A stretch of 64,000 nt of DNA. Source: Takakia lepidozioides (Eukaryota > Plantae > Bryophyta). Made by a program: the position numbers and the translations under genes. Under the pieces are notes generated by a model. It made no database searches, was not told the origin of the DNA, and was given only the letters and a program-made list of their open reading frames with translations. The stretch lies in assembly GCA_030704615.1 (NCBI GenBank), contig CM060732.1, positions 49,786,001-49,850,000 on the forward strand. The letters are read 5' to 3'. Shown here piece by piece: positions 39,556-52,399 of the stretch. How positions within the stretch are numbered: the first letter of the stretch is position 1; each line of letters begins with the position of its first letter.

Positions 39556-41149
39556 ATAGTTCACCACCGCCCATGGTGCCAGCTTTTCGTATGGAAACGA
39601 TGAGGATGTAGTCATGAGTTTTGCCTCCCACCTGTGGCGAATTGGTGGAAGGCGTCTTTTGGGAGTAAGATGATGCCCATCTTCCTCACACCTGTCAATG
39701 TGGGTATGGTGCACTTCAACTAGGGATGCTAACCCTCTTGGAGTCGGTCATAAGAATTTTACAGATTTAGGTATGAATTCAGTCCAAAAATGTCATAGAG
39801 CTCAGGTCTCAGTGAATTGAGTTGTGATTTCAGAGCTGGTTTTGACATCAGACTAGAGGGTATGATGTTGATCTCACCACTGGGTTCTAGATGGAAGAGT
39901 TCATAGCTGAAGTCCGTTACATGATCCTGTTGGTTTGTTGACAGTGAGAGAACTCTAAATGTGCCGAGAAGCGAGAGTGTTCTCTTTATATACTGATGTC
40001 ATGACTGCTTGGTAGCAGTGGATTAGAAAATGTGAGGAGAGATGTCATGCACCTAGGCTATTTGTATATTTTAGTTTGTCCCTGTTACATAGGAAGGATG
40101 ACTCGAGACTGTGGCACTCAATCACTATCCTCACCTAGAAAGATTCTTACACTTAGGTGTGGCTGGGTCCTCTCCAATGGTGGTTTCTGGAAGGGTGTAC
40201 CAGTGCATTGTCTAGTCATGGCTTCACTGGATTGTCTCTTGATCAATGGAAGTTCCCAAAAGATACAAGCTGGGCTGGTGGAATTGTTTTTCTGAGGGGA
40301 CAGATGTGTGCTGGTAACATGGCAGAGCCCTTGCACATCATGACTATCTCTTATGAAGATCTTCACACGAGCATGGTAACAGCATTGCGAGAATGCCCAT
40401 TTGATGAAGATTGCCCCCTGCATACACCCAGGTTCGAAAGTGACCAGAAAAATACAAGATAAATTAAAGGCTTGTCCCAAACCACTTTGAGTCTTTTGCA
40501 TTCCATTCTGTTTCACCTACCTCATTCAGTGAGCTGCTCAACTAATCCATCTGGCAGAGATGGGGTTCACTATGAACAACAGATCTTCTCAAAAGATTTT
40601 GAACAAACACTAATATATGTTTCTAAAACAGACATGACCTAATTCATGAAGACAGAGTACATTCTCTGCCTAAAGCATGAAATGCATGTCCCATATTGGC
40701 AAGATGATGGTGTGGGACATGTGACAGACATGAGGGCAAATTATGGCTGTAATCTGACCTTTGCAACTACAGCTTGAAACAAGACCAAGAAATGCATGTC
40801 CCAAGTCCCATGCCTTGTCCCATACTACACATGATGATAGAGCGGGACAAGGGACAGGGGACAGACATGAGGGTAAGTTATAGCTGTAATCTGAACTGGG
40901 CAATGCCTGAAACATGCGTGGAAGATCAAGGAGATTCCCTGAGAGGAAGAGACGGAAAATAGGGGCGTGGTGTGCGGTGTCCCCACCATCGTGACTTGGA
41001 CGTCAAGCTTGCTGTTGTAGTGAATTAGGTCCCTTGTATGAGATTGGCGAGAAACCCATTTGCCTGTGTTTTTCGGGGCTATCTGTTGCCTTCTGTTGAA
41101 TTCTGCTGCTGCCCCTTTCTTCATCAAGGTTGTTTGCAAGAGTGTAGCT

Positions 41150-44100
41150 ATGGGCAGCATCGGCACAGGGGTACCTACCTTCCTTCCACCCTTTCGGAAG
41201 CAGATGTTGCACGTAAACAGCAGAGACTGTGTAGTTTGGAAATCTAGTTTGTTCGAATGGGTTGTCGGTTGTAGATTCGAAAATGTTGTGGGAGCAACCA
41301 TGGAACCATCGGTGATTTTCAGCTGCAGAGATCCGTGGGATTTCCAAATGTAGATAACTGTAGGGATGTGAAGAGGAAAAAAGAGTTGGGCATCAAGGTC
41401 TGACAGTGGGTATGATGACTGGGCTGGATATGGCAGTATGATCTATCGGTCACCACCTTCTCACCGGATGGGCGCGTCTTTCAAATCGAGTATGCCACGA
41501 AGGCGGTTGACAATACCGGGTATGCAGAGACTTATTCTTGTTGGTGCATTCCGTCTGGAAAGTACACCCGTGCACTAGCCTTTCAGAGCCTGGGAAGAAG
41601 TTTGTACCATAATGGATCTGGGAGCGTTAGGAGGTCAGCCCTATTCGGAATAAAAAAAGAGGTAGGCCAAGGTAGCGATTCTCTCTAATTCTCATCAGCA
41701 AGTGACGTTGGTGGGGCAAGCAGGGTTCAAAACCTTCACCCAAGAGCTTCTTTCACATCAACTTTGACCACTCCAATACATGAAAACTGGGATTTGTAAT
41801 CCCTAGGCATGCCTGGAATTTCACAGTCTCAAAATCTGCTTTCGCAGATTTTTAGGGTAAGACTTGCTACAGGAAGTTCCCTGAAGATGATTGGCTAAAC
41901 TAGCTCATTTACAGTGCCCCAACTGGTTATCTCTGCTTCAAAATCTACATTACACTCCAGTGAAGCAGGGTTGGTGAGAGGGTCGTGCTTCAACGTGTAA
42001 TATTATCGTGTAAACAAGGCGCCCCTCTTTGCCAAACGTTAGCCTGCATCGCTCTGTTCTACTGAAGTTGTATAGGGCTTTTCCTCAAGGGTTTATGTCA
42101 GCAAGCTTAACCAGCTCAATGTTGGCCTTACCTTTTTGGAATTTTCACTACTGATTACAACAGTCAATTGGAGCAAGGTATTACACTCCAGTGAAGCAGG
42201 GTTGGTGAGAGGGTTGTGCTTCATCGTGTAATATTATCGTGTAATCAACAAGGCGCCTGCATCGGTCTGTTCTACTGAAGTTGTATAGGGTTTTTCTTCA
42301 AGGGTTTATGTCAGCAAGCTTAACCAGCTCAATGTTGGCCTTACCTTTTTGGAATTTTCACTACTGATTACAACAGTCAATTGGAGCAAGGTTGGTGATA
42401 GACTCATTCTTCATCTGGTAAACTGTAAGGGAGCTTGGCTGAGGAATGTATCCATCTTTGCAAGTGAAGTTGTGTAGGGTTTTCCTTCGTTGGGAAGTCT
42501 ACGTCAGCTCTCTGTGCATGAACGCATCTCATATATTAAAGACAAAACACTAATTAATTTTTGAGAGTTAAAATTCAGAAGTTGGTTGGGTGGATGTACA
42601 GTACAGTGGTGGGCATTAGGTGCAAGGATGGCATTGTGCTGGTACTGTCCTCTTCTCCCCTTCTGCTTTTTGTGTTGGTCTATTTCACCAGAATTTGTTC
42701 ATTCCCTCTTCTTCCTAAAACCCTTTTTGTCTCATACAAATGATAAATCTAGTCTTAATTGCAGATCTCTTTCCACCTCAGCTGAAATGTGACTTTTGCC
42801 CGTTCTTACACTTGGAAATGGAGCCTAGCAGTTGTTGATATATCGAAACTGAAGTATTCTGTATTTGACTTCTGTCCAATGTCTCTCCTGCACAACAATG
42901 GGTTGACATGGCAAGATTTGGAGGGTTGAATCTTTTCATGTCTTTAATTTGCATGGGGTAAGATTGCAGGGAGTGGAGAAGCTGATTGCCTCAAAGATGC
43001 TTTTGGAGGGTTCCAACCGCAGAATCCATGCTGTGCACCGGCATGCAGGAATGGTATGCTGCCCCACATGCCCACTATAGGCCTTTATGTGGACTATCAC
43101 TTGTCCTCTTTCTCATTGTTTGAAGTGTAAGAGCACTATCACATCTGTACTCTTTTCTCTTTAACCAAAAGTTAAAGTGGCTCTAAGTTACGCCAGCTAC
43201 AGCCGGAGTCTTGTCTCCCTCCCTCTCTTCTTTCTACTCTTCTTTTCAAATAACATGCTTTGATTGAGGTTCGTATAGTCTTTGCTAAAGTGGAGCTTTC
43301 TATATATGTGAGTGCTGTGTCATCAAATGCTTATCTGACAGTTGGTGTCCTGTATTGTGGCGCTATGTGGGAACCTAACAACTCCATTTTTAATATATTT
43401 GTGTAGATGAGTGTTAATGACTACATGAATGGAGTGGATCGATCCTGCAGGCAATTGCAGGGTTAGCTGCTGATGGCAGGCAGATTGTTGCACGGGCTCG
43501 CTCTGAGGCCTCCCAATACCTTAGGTGCTCTTTCGTTGTTGTACCCTAGCTTAACTTTCTTGGCATCAATCCTAGAAAGATGTGGGTTAGTGCTAAGCCT
43601 GGGTTTATGATGAATGGTATTTTCATGGCATGATTTTCACCCAATGATGGATTTTAGCACATGGAAGAGGGCCGTGGTAGCTGCTAGCAGGGTGAGATGA
43701 GAGGTAGGAAATGCAAGTGGTATACACAGGCAGCAGTAAGGTTGGGAGTACTAGAGGCCACACAGAAAGAGAGAAAGAGAGAGAGAGAAGACTCCAGCCG
43801 TAGCCAGTGTAACTATGAGCCACTTCACCTTACGGCTACTGCCCCCTGTCGGGGGTGGGCCCTATATACAGAAAGAGACTAAAGGAGATTGTGGGAGCCA
43901 ATAAGTAGCAATTGACAGGGATGAAGTAGCCAGAAGTATGTGGGGAGGGATACGAAAAGAGGCAGGCAGTAATAAATGATTATTATTGATGTACGATCTT
44001 TCCAATGGTAGAAAGACTTCATTGGTCACTGTGAAGCAGCTGTTCAAGAAAATCAACTTTTCTCCTGAGGCATTAGGGTACCTGGACTGCAACATGGGTC

Positions 44101-47078
44101 AATACAGTGTCACAGTGCTTGCCTTTTGCTTGCAGGCTATATGGTGAGGAGGTTCCAATCAAGGAACTATGTGATCGTGTTTCACAGTATGTGCACCTGT
44201 CCACGCTCTACTGGTGGCTTAGGTTCGTACATCCTCTCCATACTGCTCTCAAAGTCTGTAGGTACTGAACTGTGAGTAAGTCTTCTCTTATTGAAGTATT
44301 TAAGAGAGCATGACTTTTAAGTTCAACAAGGTGTGATTTTCAAATTACTGCAGGACTGGTGACATACAGGATGGATGTGTGCCAAAGGCTTACCTCCCAA
44401 GTAGGCAGCTCTGCTTGTGTTAAGGCTATCAAGAAAACTCATGTTTATGTTTCTTGTGTTGTGCATGACTGCAGACCATTTGGATCAGCAGCAATTCTAG
44501 GGGGCTACGACAGAGATGGCCCTCAACTATACATGATTGAGCCTTCTGGTGTTGCCTACGTAATTCTCCTTCCACTTAATTTGAGCACTTATAGACTCAA
44601 CAGTTGTTTATAGGGGGCCTCACTGTGAGCACTGTATTTCCTCTCTTCCCCTCTCTTACTAATGAAACTGGTATCATTTATTTCTGGATGATTAATGAGT
44701 GACAAGTGTAAGGGGTTGCTGGTGGATGCAGCGTTATTTTGGAGCAGCTCTTGGGAAGGGTCGACAAGCTGCCAAAACGTACCCCTTCTGCCTCATCCAT
44801 ACTTGGTTACGTTTTGATCTATATCTATTTTGGTCTCACTAAATTTTTCCACTGCAGAGGGATTAACACTCAAGGTAAAAGGACCATGCTTTGTAATTTT
44901 TTAAGGCCTGCCTTGGATTACGCATCTGCTGTGTGGATCGACAACTCCAACCATGCTAAATCCCTAGAATCCATTTGAAAGCTTGTCAGCTTGTTCTAGA
45001 ACAGCTAATGTGGCTGTTCGGGGTGAGTTTGGCATACCTCCCTTAAGCTCTTGACGTGATGAATTCAAGGTCAGATGAATCGCATGCCTAATACCAGATA
45101 CCCTAAGATAATCGAATCTATTTCTTGGAAGCAAGGCTGTCCTGTTAGACAGGCCAAGTCTTTGGCGGTAAAAGGTACATGAGATTTTCAAGTATCTGAA
45201 TATCAGTCCTGATGAATTGACCCTACTGCATGAAGCTGACCTGGAGGGGGTTGTGTCCAAAGCCATGTGTGCCCATAGACCGTCCGATGAAAATGAAGTT
45301 AGGCATTAAACTCCCCTGACTTGTTTCAGTCTGTGACATGGGCAAGGACCTCAAGGGCCTACCTACCCTTGGCACTTGACTGAACTTTAAACTCAGGGCG
45401 GGAAGCCTACCTTGGAACAATAAACAGATGCAGAGAGAAAGAGGAGCTTGTAATTGCCCGATGTGTGGGCAACCTAAAGACAATTATATTGTTATATGAT
45501 ACATTGTTCGGGATATTCTCACCAGAGTGTGACCCACTTCAGGACAATCAAGAACTCTGTCTTGGCATCTCTGTTCACCAACTTTAAAAATCTTGAGGCG
45601 GAGCCTAAAGCCCTGGCCCTGTAACTTTTGCGCTGCTTACACGCAGCAGATTGATGCTGGTGTGAAGGGCTTTCTAGAGGATATCTGGAAAGCCCGAACT
45701 AATAGTTTGTATCAAGTTAAGTCACGCTACTGGAGTGAGCCCCTCACCAAGGTAGTGCCTATCCCCTATGTTTCCGTCCAAACTGGCTGTGGGGTTTATG
45801 ATCACGAGGCGTATGACTACATTCTGTTTTGGTGTATTGTACTAGTGTTCTTGCTGTTGGTCTTGGCTTCTGGATGCTTCATTCAGTTCTGTGAAGTAGC
45901 ATTGATGGCAAGGCTGTAGGGTGGTGCATGGCCAGTGAGATTGAGAAGTTGAAGCTTTCAGAGATGACCTGCCGAGAAGGGGTTGTTGCTGTTGCAAAAA
46001 TGTGGGTTCCCTTTACTTCTACTTGCTAGTTTTGTGATTACCAGGTGGTAGGAGCTGGGGTTAATTCCTGTGTGTGCGGTGCTCCTTGAACTGTTCCTTT
46101 GAACATGGGCTATGCCAACCACTCACTGCAAGCCAATGCCAACCCTGTTACAGGAATTAGTGCTTGTTGTACACACCGGTTCTTATAATTTGCTAGAAAT
46201 CAGTTTTCATTTTGCCACAAATCTGACACCAAAACTTCAGTGTCTAGAAAAGTGAGAGAGACAGAAATGGATTTGAGCTGGTTGAAGGGCCTGGAAATCT
46301 AGCCTATGTTGCAAGTGGGAGTTCCGGTCTGCTGTTCACTTGTATTCCTCTCCCTCCCTTACAGTTCAGCATAGCAGTGCCATGGGCATCACAGGATTGT
46401 ATGCCATGCTTAAGGGGTTGGGTGCGGCATGCAGCATCTATGGAGTGCACGATGAGGCTAAAGACAAGGCATTTGAGCTGGAAATGAGCTGGATCTGTGA
46501 TGAGTCCAAGCGTCAGCATGAGCGGGTCTGTAGTTTACCTTCAAGAAGCTCTCTTCGTATTTTCTCCCTCTTGGCCTCACAAGTTTGTCTTCTCTCTGTT
46601 ACTCTTCATATTTTAGACTGTTGGAAAAAAGTTGGAAACTGGCTATGGTTATCATATGAAGAAGATTCGAACTGGTCTGTAGCGTACTTGAAGCATCTCG
46701 GGAATGCTTGAAGTCTAATATGTGCATATGCTTGTATACTGTATTGTGTATAACACTTGGTCATAGTGTAGTAGATTATTAGGTTCACAGAACCAGTGAG
46801 CGGCTCTCAATTGGCCAAGGCTCATACCTACCATGAATTCTCAGTTCCCCGGCTGTAAGTGGTTCATTGCATTGGGACATTAAGTGCCCATATTCTGTGC
46901 AGAGTCTGTTGAACAGGCCAAGAAGGCATGCAAAGTTGCAGTGGCTCTGGATAACATAATCAGTGGCGGTGTTTGCCTTGACTAAGGGTGGTTGGAATGG
47001 CAGGTACCAGCGGATTTGCTAAGTGAAGCTAAGGCAGCTGCCAAGGCTGCTCAAGAAGATGACATGGACGCTGACTAA
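41150..47078 (+). CDS. PAG1: 20S proteasome subunit alpha-7 (alpha type-3), 11 exons
   Basis: MGSIGTG|[32 protein letters not shown]|[60 protein letters not shown]. Exons at 41150-41170, 41437-41519, 42602-42641, 42970-43053, 43451-43524, 44136-44222, 44475-44559, 44732-44778, 45936-46001, 46435-46525, 47004-47078. Confidence 0.96.
41949..42392. repeat. Tandem duplication (~231-bp unit) in PAG1 intron 2
   Basis: ATTACACTCCAGTGAAGCAGGGTTGGTGAGAGGG starts at both 41949 and 42180. Confidence 0.9.
44857..45825 (+). mobile_element. ~1 kb non-LTR retrotransposon 3' derivative, copy B (PAG1 intron 8)
   Basis: Colinear with 19585-20605 ([34 protein letters not shown]), with the same ends. Confidence 0.85.
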
Positions 47079-48009
47079 CTTCTGTAGTTATTGACTTTGC
47101 ATCTAAGCACCCTAGCTTGCATGTCGACGGCGGTTGAGTAGGAAAGGCCAGGAAAAGCTTGTCATTTACCCACTTCCCAATAAGGCTGACATTGGTAACC
47201 TCTATGGACACCAATGTGACACTGGTTTTTTCTGTGGGAAGCTTGACAATTGGATTTAGCATGTCACACTGAAGTTAGCTTACTTAACACCCTTGAATTG
47301 AAATATGCGGCTCCTGGTCTCTCTTTGGACCAGTCCATGTGGTAGGGGCATAATCTACGGTTGTTTCTGGCACAATGACAAGGTGGGGTGGGGGGTGAAT
47401 CTTGGTGCAACAGTTCAAGTATGACAACAATTTTGTAATGTCAGATTCAAACCTCAGGATCAAACAGTTACTTCATGTGATGGTTTGATATCATATAGAG
47501 CTTCCTGTGGCCCAAGACATTCTTCTGCTGAAGAGAAAGGGTAGGATTTCATTGGCAAGCCAATGTCAGTAATGGTGAGTAGCAGCAGCAAATCCATGGA
47601 TCTTTGAATGACCCATGCCCTGAGGGCAAACCAGAAAAATTGGGGACTAAACAAACCTGAATGCTTGAAGTCGAATTGCATGAACTCTCTCAGACTACTG
47701 AGGATCAGATGGCTTGGAACGGACTTACAGAAGCGTCTAAACTAGACGGAACGAACGAAGGACAAACGATTGAGAGCATGAGTCAAATGACGGTTTACGA
47801 TCAATCTTTCGATATATCAATCCCAGCGGCAGGATTCACATGTGCTGCTGAGGAAGGCATCTTAGGATTGCAATTCGGGGGAAGATTTGGGAATTGGATC
47901 TGGGACAGACTGTACATCTCGATTTCCAAGGGAGAGAGAGACCCTGGGATTCTAAGAAGAGGAGGGAGCCAAAGCTGGTGGGGCGCGTGGAGTTAGGGGG
48001 AGGGCAACC

Positions 48010-49777
48010 ATGGTACGCACTTACACCTTTGCGGCTATGGTGGTCGTAACTTATGTGGGCCTTACGGGAGCGGAATCGATCTTCGGCTGGATGGCGCGTC
48101 GCCAGGGAGAAAAGGCAACCTTCCACTCCTTTTTGCTTGTCGTTTTCTGGTATCGTCTTCATGCTTTCGGAGGATCTCGGTCGCTGGGCGTTTGCCAGAC
48201 CTGGGCTAGCCTGGGCTGTGACCTGAAATGTCCACTTGGTTTTTCCAGTCTAGCAAAGATAATCTAGTCTAGCCGCATGATGTGGTGGTTGGATTCATTC
48301 TGAGGGATCATTCTATGGAAATCTGAGTTGAAGTGAATGGTAAAACTACTTAAAGCAAACTTCATCTGTGTTTGCTTTGTTTGCTTATGTTGTTTTCTGT
48401 GTGAGGGTGTGGGAGTGGTAGAGAGAAAATAAATGGACATATTGATCCTTTCCCGGCAGGATTTTCCATTGTATGGGCACCCAGGCCCTGCAGACTAGTA
48501 ACCCTGCTGGAGCCTGGAGCTTAACCACAACCCGACCGCTTTTAGCTCTTGGCTACTATCGACTATGTAGAGAATTGAAGCTGAAAGGGTAGCATCTACT
48601 AATTGCAGAGGTACTACTGTAGTCCTTCACCTAGACATAGGTCTGACACATGTGGCTGTTACAGGAGGAACAGGAGAGTGGGTGAGTGTAACTTATATCT
48701 TGTCCTATGGAACAATGAGGCCCCCAAGAGGGTATAGTCCCCCCAGGATAACCTTAAAGGAAGCTAATTAGGGCTTTCTATCCCTTAGGGTGTGGAATTC
48801 AATGCAAAATAGCCATAGGGCTGGCATAAAGCCAATCCAGAGACAGGTTTGTGTGCTGCTACACTGGCTATAATGGAGATTGTGCTAGAAGGCACAAGTT
48901 GAATCTAGCACTGCTGCTTGAACACCACAACCTGCTACAGATGTAACACCCATCATGTTCCGTCAGTTCTAAAGGGGCAATTCCTGACATCCCAACATAT
49001 CTCCTTGCTGTCAAGTGGAAATTGACGCCATAACTTTCTGGACCAAAGTCTATCAGTGCATAAGCAACATATTGACACCCACACACTTTGTTCTGCAAAT
49101 CTCCCTCCTTTGACTGTCCTCTGGGGTTCTCCTTCAATTTGCCACATTTTGCTCTTTAGCTAGAAGAGAACAATTCCCACCTCTTATGTGGGGAATGGTC
49201 AGCTATCAGCATCCATGAGTTGTAGGCCTGGCATAGTGCTGAGTATGTGTCCACCAGTCATGGAGCCTGTACCTACTTCAGTTGAATCTTAGAGATCTGG
49301 AGCTTGCATTTGGCTGAAGAAATATGGTCTAGGGCACCTTCGACTTTAGTAAATCTGGTAACACATCTATGTTTCCAGTATCTCACAAGTGTTGTTTAAA
49401 ACTTATCATTCTCAAATCTCTATGATGTATTCAATCATTTTCACACATGGGAAGGCCAAGGTCCTTATCCCTGAATTTGTTCTTTCAGGTCATTCTGCGA
49501 GTTTCTCAAAATGAGCATCATCTTTGCATATAAAGTTTCTGACTTCAATGGTGGACTTCCTATGGTGTGCTCTTAAGACTGCCATGCTCCAGATAGTGTA
49601 AGTTATTATATTACTGTCATTTACTGGATCTAGATTTCAAGGTGCTTGCGGACAAGAATTTATGGTTTGACATGTGATGTACAGATTGAGCAGATCAAAT
49701 TTGACAGACAAGCTGAAAGGCTGCGTCGAAAGTTGTTGCAAGAGCTTGAAGAAAAAGGGGCTTCCAAATTGAATTAA
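48010..49777 (+). CDS. Candidate 65-aa single-TM microprotein, 2 exons (48010-48114, 49685-49777), GC-AG intron
   Basis: MVRTYTFAAMVVVTYVGLTGAESIFGWMARRQGEK|IEQIKFDRQAERLRRKLLQELEEKGASKLN*. ACCATGG start context; AAG|GC donor followed by a pyrimidine-rich stretch; phase-0 TACAG acceptor. Confidence 0.5.
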
Positions 49778-50199
49778 GGCTATGGTTCAGATGAGATAAG
49801 TTGGTTTGGAGATGCTGAAGGGGTGGAGTTGCCCAAGGCCTGTGTTCAGTCGTGACACTCCTATTTATTGAGCGTACGATTTGGATTCATGTGGATTCTT
49901 TTGACTCTTCTACTGTATCTCAGCCTATAAAGGTTCCATTGGGCATGATGTCGCTTTCTTACAGTGGGTGACATTCTTAGACATTCTTTATTTCCCTCTA
50001 TGTTCATTGCAAACTTTTGTGCTTGTAAGCTGCAGTGCACCTCTCAAGAATTGAACTACAGTCATCTTGCTCCTGTCTCCGTTCTGGCCTTCTAAATACT
50101 CTCCACACAGTAAGAGTAGGACTCAGAGATCTGCCTCAATTGTGAGTGAGGAATGTGGTTGCTCTTTCAACAACCCAGTATGCCAGCAAGCAAATTTTG

Positions 50200-50620
50200 T
50201 ATGGAAAGATTTGTGCAGGTTTTGGACCTTCAAGTACTCATTGATTAGTCTATAGGTTAGGAATTGCTTTCTCCTGCCTGGGCAGCTGGCCCTGGCAAAG
50301 GCAAACAGACATCCTGTGACTCTTTCCATCCACAGTTTGACTACAAACATGGCAAGAGAATAATCCCAAATTGTAAGTGTTTTAGGCCCACAGAAGTGTT
50401 GGTGATTCCCTGGCTTCACAATCTGCAAACCCCCAATTGCCCTCATCTGTTGCTTGACCACCAGGACTTGACCACTTCCTTCACTGGGCTTTTGCTTGCA
50501 TTCCCCTGCCAAGGTGCCAAGGTTTCCTGTCCAGTTGGAAACTTTTCCCAAAATATGGATGAAAGCATCCCCGGAACCCTTTGAGATTGAGGCTCCCTTC
50601 CCTCCAAGGTGAGGAACTTT
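50200..50620 (-). mobile_element. Highly degenerate LINE ORF2 fragment
   Basis: ILGKVSNWTGNLGTLAG..GGLQI..KLW resembles the post-RT region KL..W....LS..GR..GGLGL..KW. Confidence 0.3.
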
Positions 50621-51726
50621 GTTCTGTCTCATAGAGGAAGCCCGGGATGACAGCGCCCACATCTCCTCCTCTTGATGAAGGAGCAGGAAAGCTGGCATCA
50701 TCATGCAGCAGAGTGACGGGCCAAACTGTGCATGAGCTGAAAATGGGTATTCAAGTCGGCAATGCCGGGCCGCAGACCCTTGCAAGTGATGGCTGTGACG
50801 CCCCCCAAGCCTCCAGGTCCACTGAAGAAAGGTAGAAACTAGAAACAGTATATCTTTGTTTCTAACTTCCTTCCAGATTCCATCTTGACCTTGACCCATC
50901 CAGCAGCAACTGCCTCCACTGTAAACTGGAATCCTCGCCCTTGTCCTCCTTCCACGAGCTACTTCAGATTATGCGGACATACGTGAACTATTTTCTTTCC
51001 GTTGATTACATGACACAGAGAGAGAGAGGCTTACGGCCTTGGCCCCCGTGGGATCCTGTTTTATGGGGAAAAACCGAGTGGGTTTTGCCAGGATGAGAGG
51101 ACTCGCGCATAGTCGAAGGACATCTCGGTGCAAGTATGAAGTGCAAGAATTTTGGAGCTTTTATTCCTTTGACATAGAGGGCTAATTACCACAGATGTGA
51201 AACACGCTGCTGTGGTCTCCGGGGTGCAGAGCAACGACCACAAGTCATATCGAAGGATGGCTAAAAGGAAGAGAGAGTTGTACGCATACACCGTTCCCAC
51301 GAACATTGGCATGCCCTCCCCCAGAATATAGACCCTTCTGGTGAGTTGTGGGATTGCCTGCTACCAGGTATCGGAAATCAACTCGCAGTAGAAATGATGA
51401 GATGGTTAGAGGAAATTCAATATTGATGTACGCCCGGTATAGACACTGCTCAGCTCTGCCTCTCTAGCTCCCAATTGGCTACATAGGTAACTGTGATTTC
51501 CCTGCTACTCACCACGTGCTTGAGAACGGACAGGAGCACACGGGTGGGAAGAGAGATTGAAAAAGTTAAATTTCAGGGAAAGCAGTAGTGTTCTTAAGTA
51601 AGAGCTTGGTCAATCACGAGCTGCCAAAGATCAGGGTTTCAGCATTAGTGCTATTCAATCTAGACCAAGGCAATTAGAAGCTGGAAAAGACTCATAGTCT
51701 TGTAGTTGTTGCATATAGGTCAAGAA

Positions 51727-52176
51727 ATGAGCAAAGAACAATTCTGGCAGGTGTTCTTCTCAGATCCGTCACAGTGGTGGGACAGAGCTGATAAGGTGAG
51801 TCTATCTTCATTAGGACACGAAAGAGTTTGTCAAGGAGGGCTTGTGACTGAAGCTGGGAGATGACGTTTCTTGGACTGAATTGCACAGCCGGTTTCTTAA
51901 ATTATGACAAAATATTCCCCTCACTGCAAAAAGCAGAAAAACAGTCCGTAGCGCGACTTATGCCTGCAATGTTGTTCCCTGTCAATAGAATGTTTCATGC
52001 TATTTGAAGATGCTTGGAGCTGTGGTGGCTGTAGCCTGGGCTATGGGGATTAAATCTGATCAGCTGCCCACAGGTGGTTTTCACAGAAGTCAAAGATCAC
52101 CGACTTCAGACATGAGGTCACCAATGAGGCCATTTGGACTGAAAGTTGGTTAACCCCTCCTTGGGTGCTTCCATGA
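51727..52176 (+). other. Spliced mini-ORF (52 aa) encoding an OSB-type PDF motif, upstream of the PPR-DYW ORF
   Basis: Exon 51727-51795 MSKEQFWQVFFSDPSQWWDRADK; AAG|GTGAGT donor; TTTTCACAG acceptor; exon 52087-52176 KSKITDFRHEVTNEAIWTESWLTPPWVLP*. Confidence 0.65.
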
Positions 52177-52399
52177 TAACACGTCAAGCACCATGTATGG
52201 TTGGTATTAATGTCAATATACACGACGGGGTGCCAGGCCAAGAATACAATGGGTACTGTTTTCTTGATGATTCAATGATTCCCACCCAAAGAGATAGTAT
52301 TGGTACCATTTTAGTAGATGACTGCAGCTGGTTGGTAGCCGTCTTATATGTAAGCTTGACTGGAAAGGTTTGTAACTGAAGAGTTTTGAGTCATGCAGG

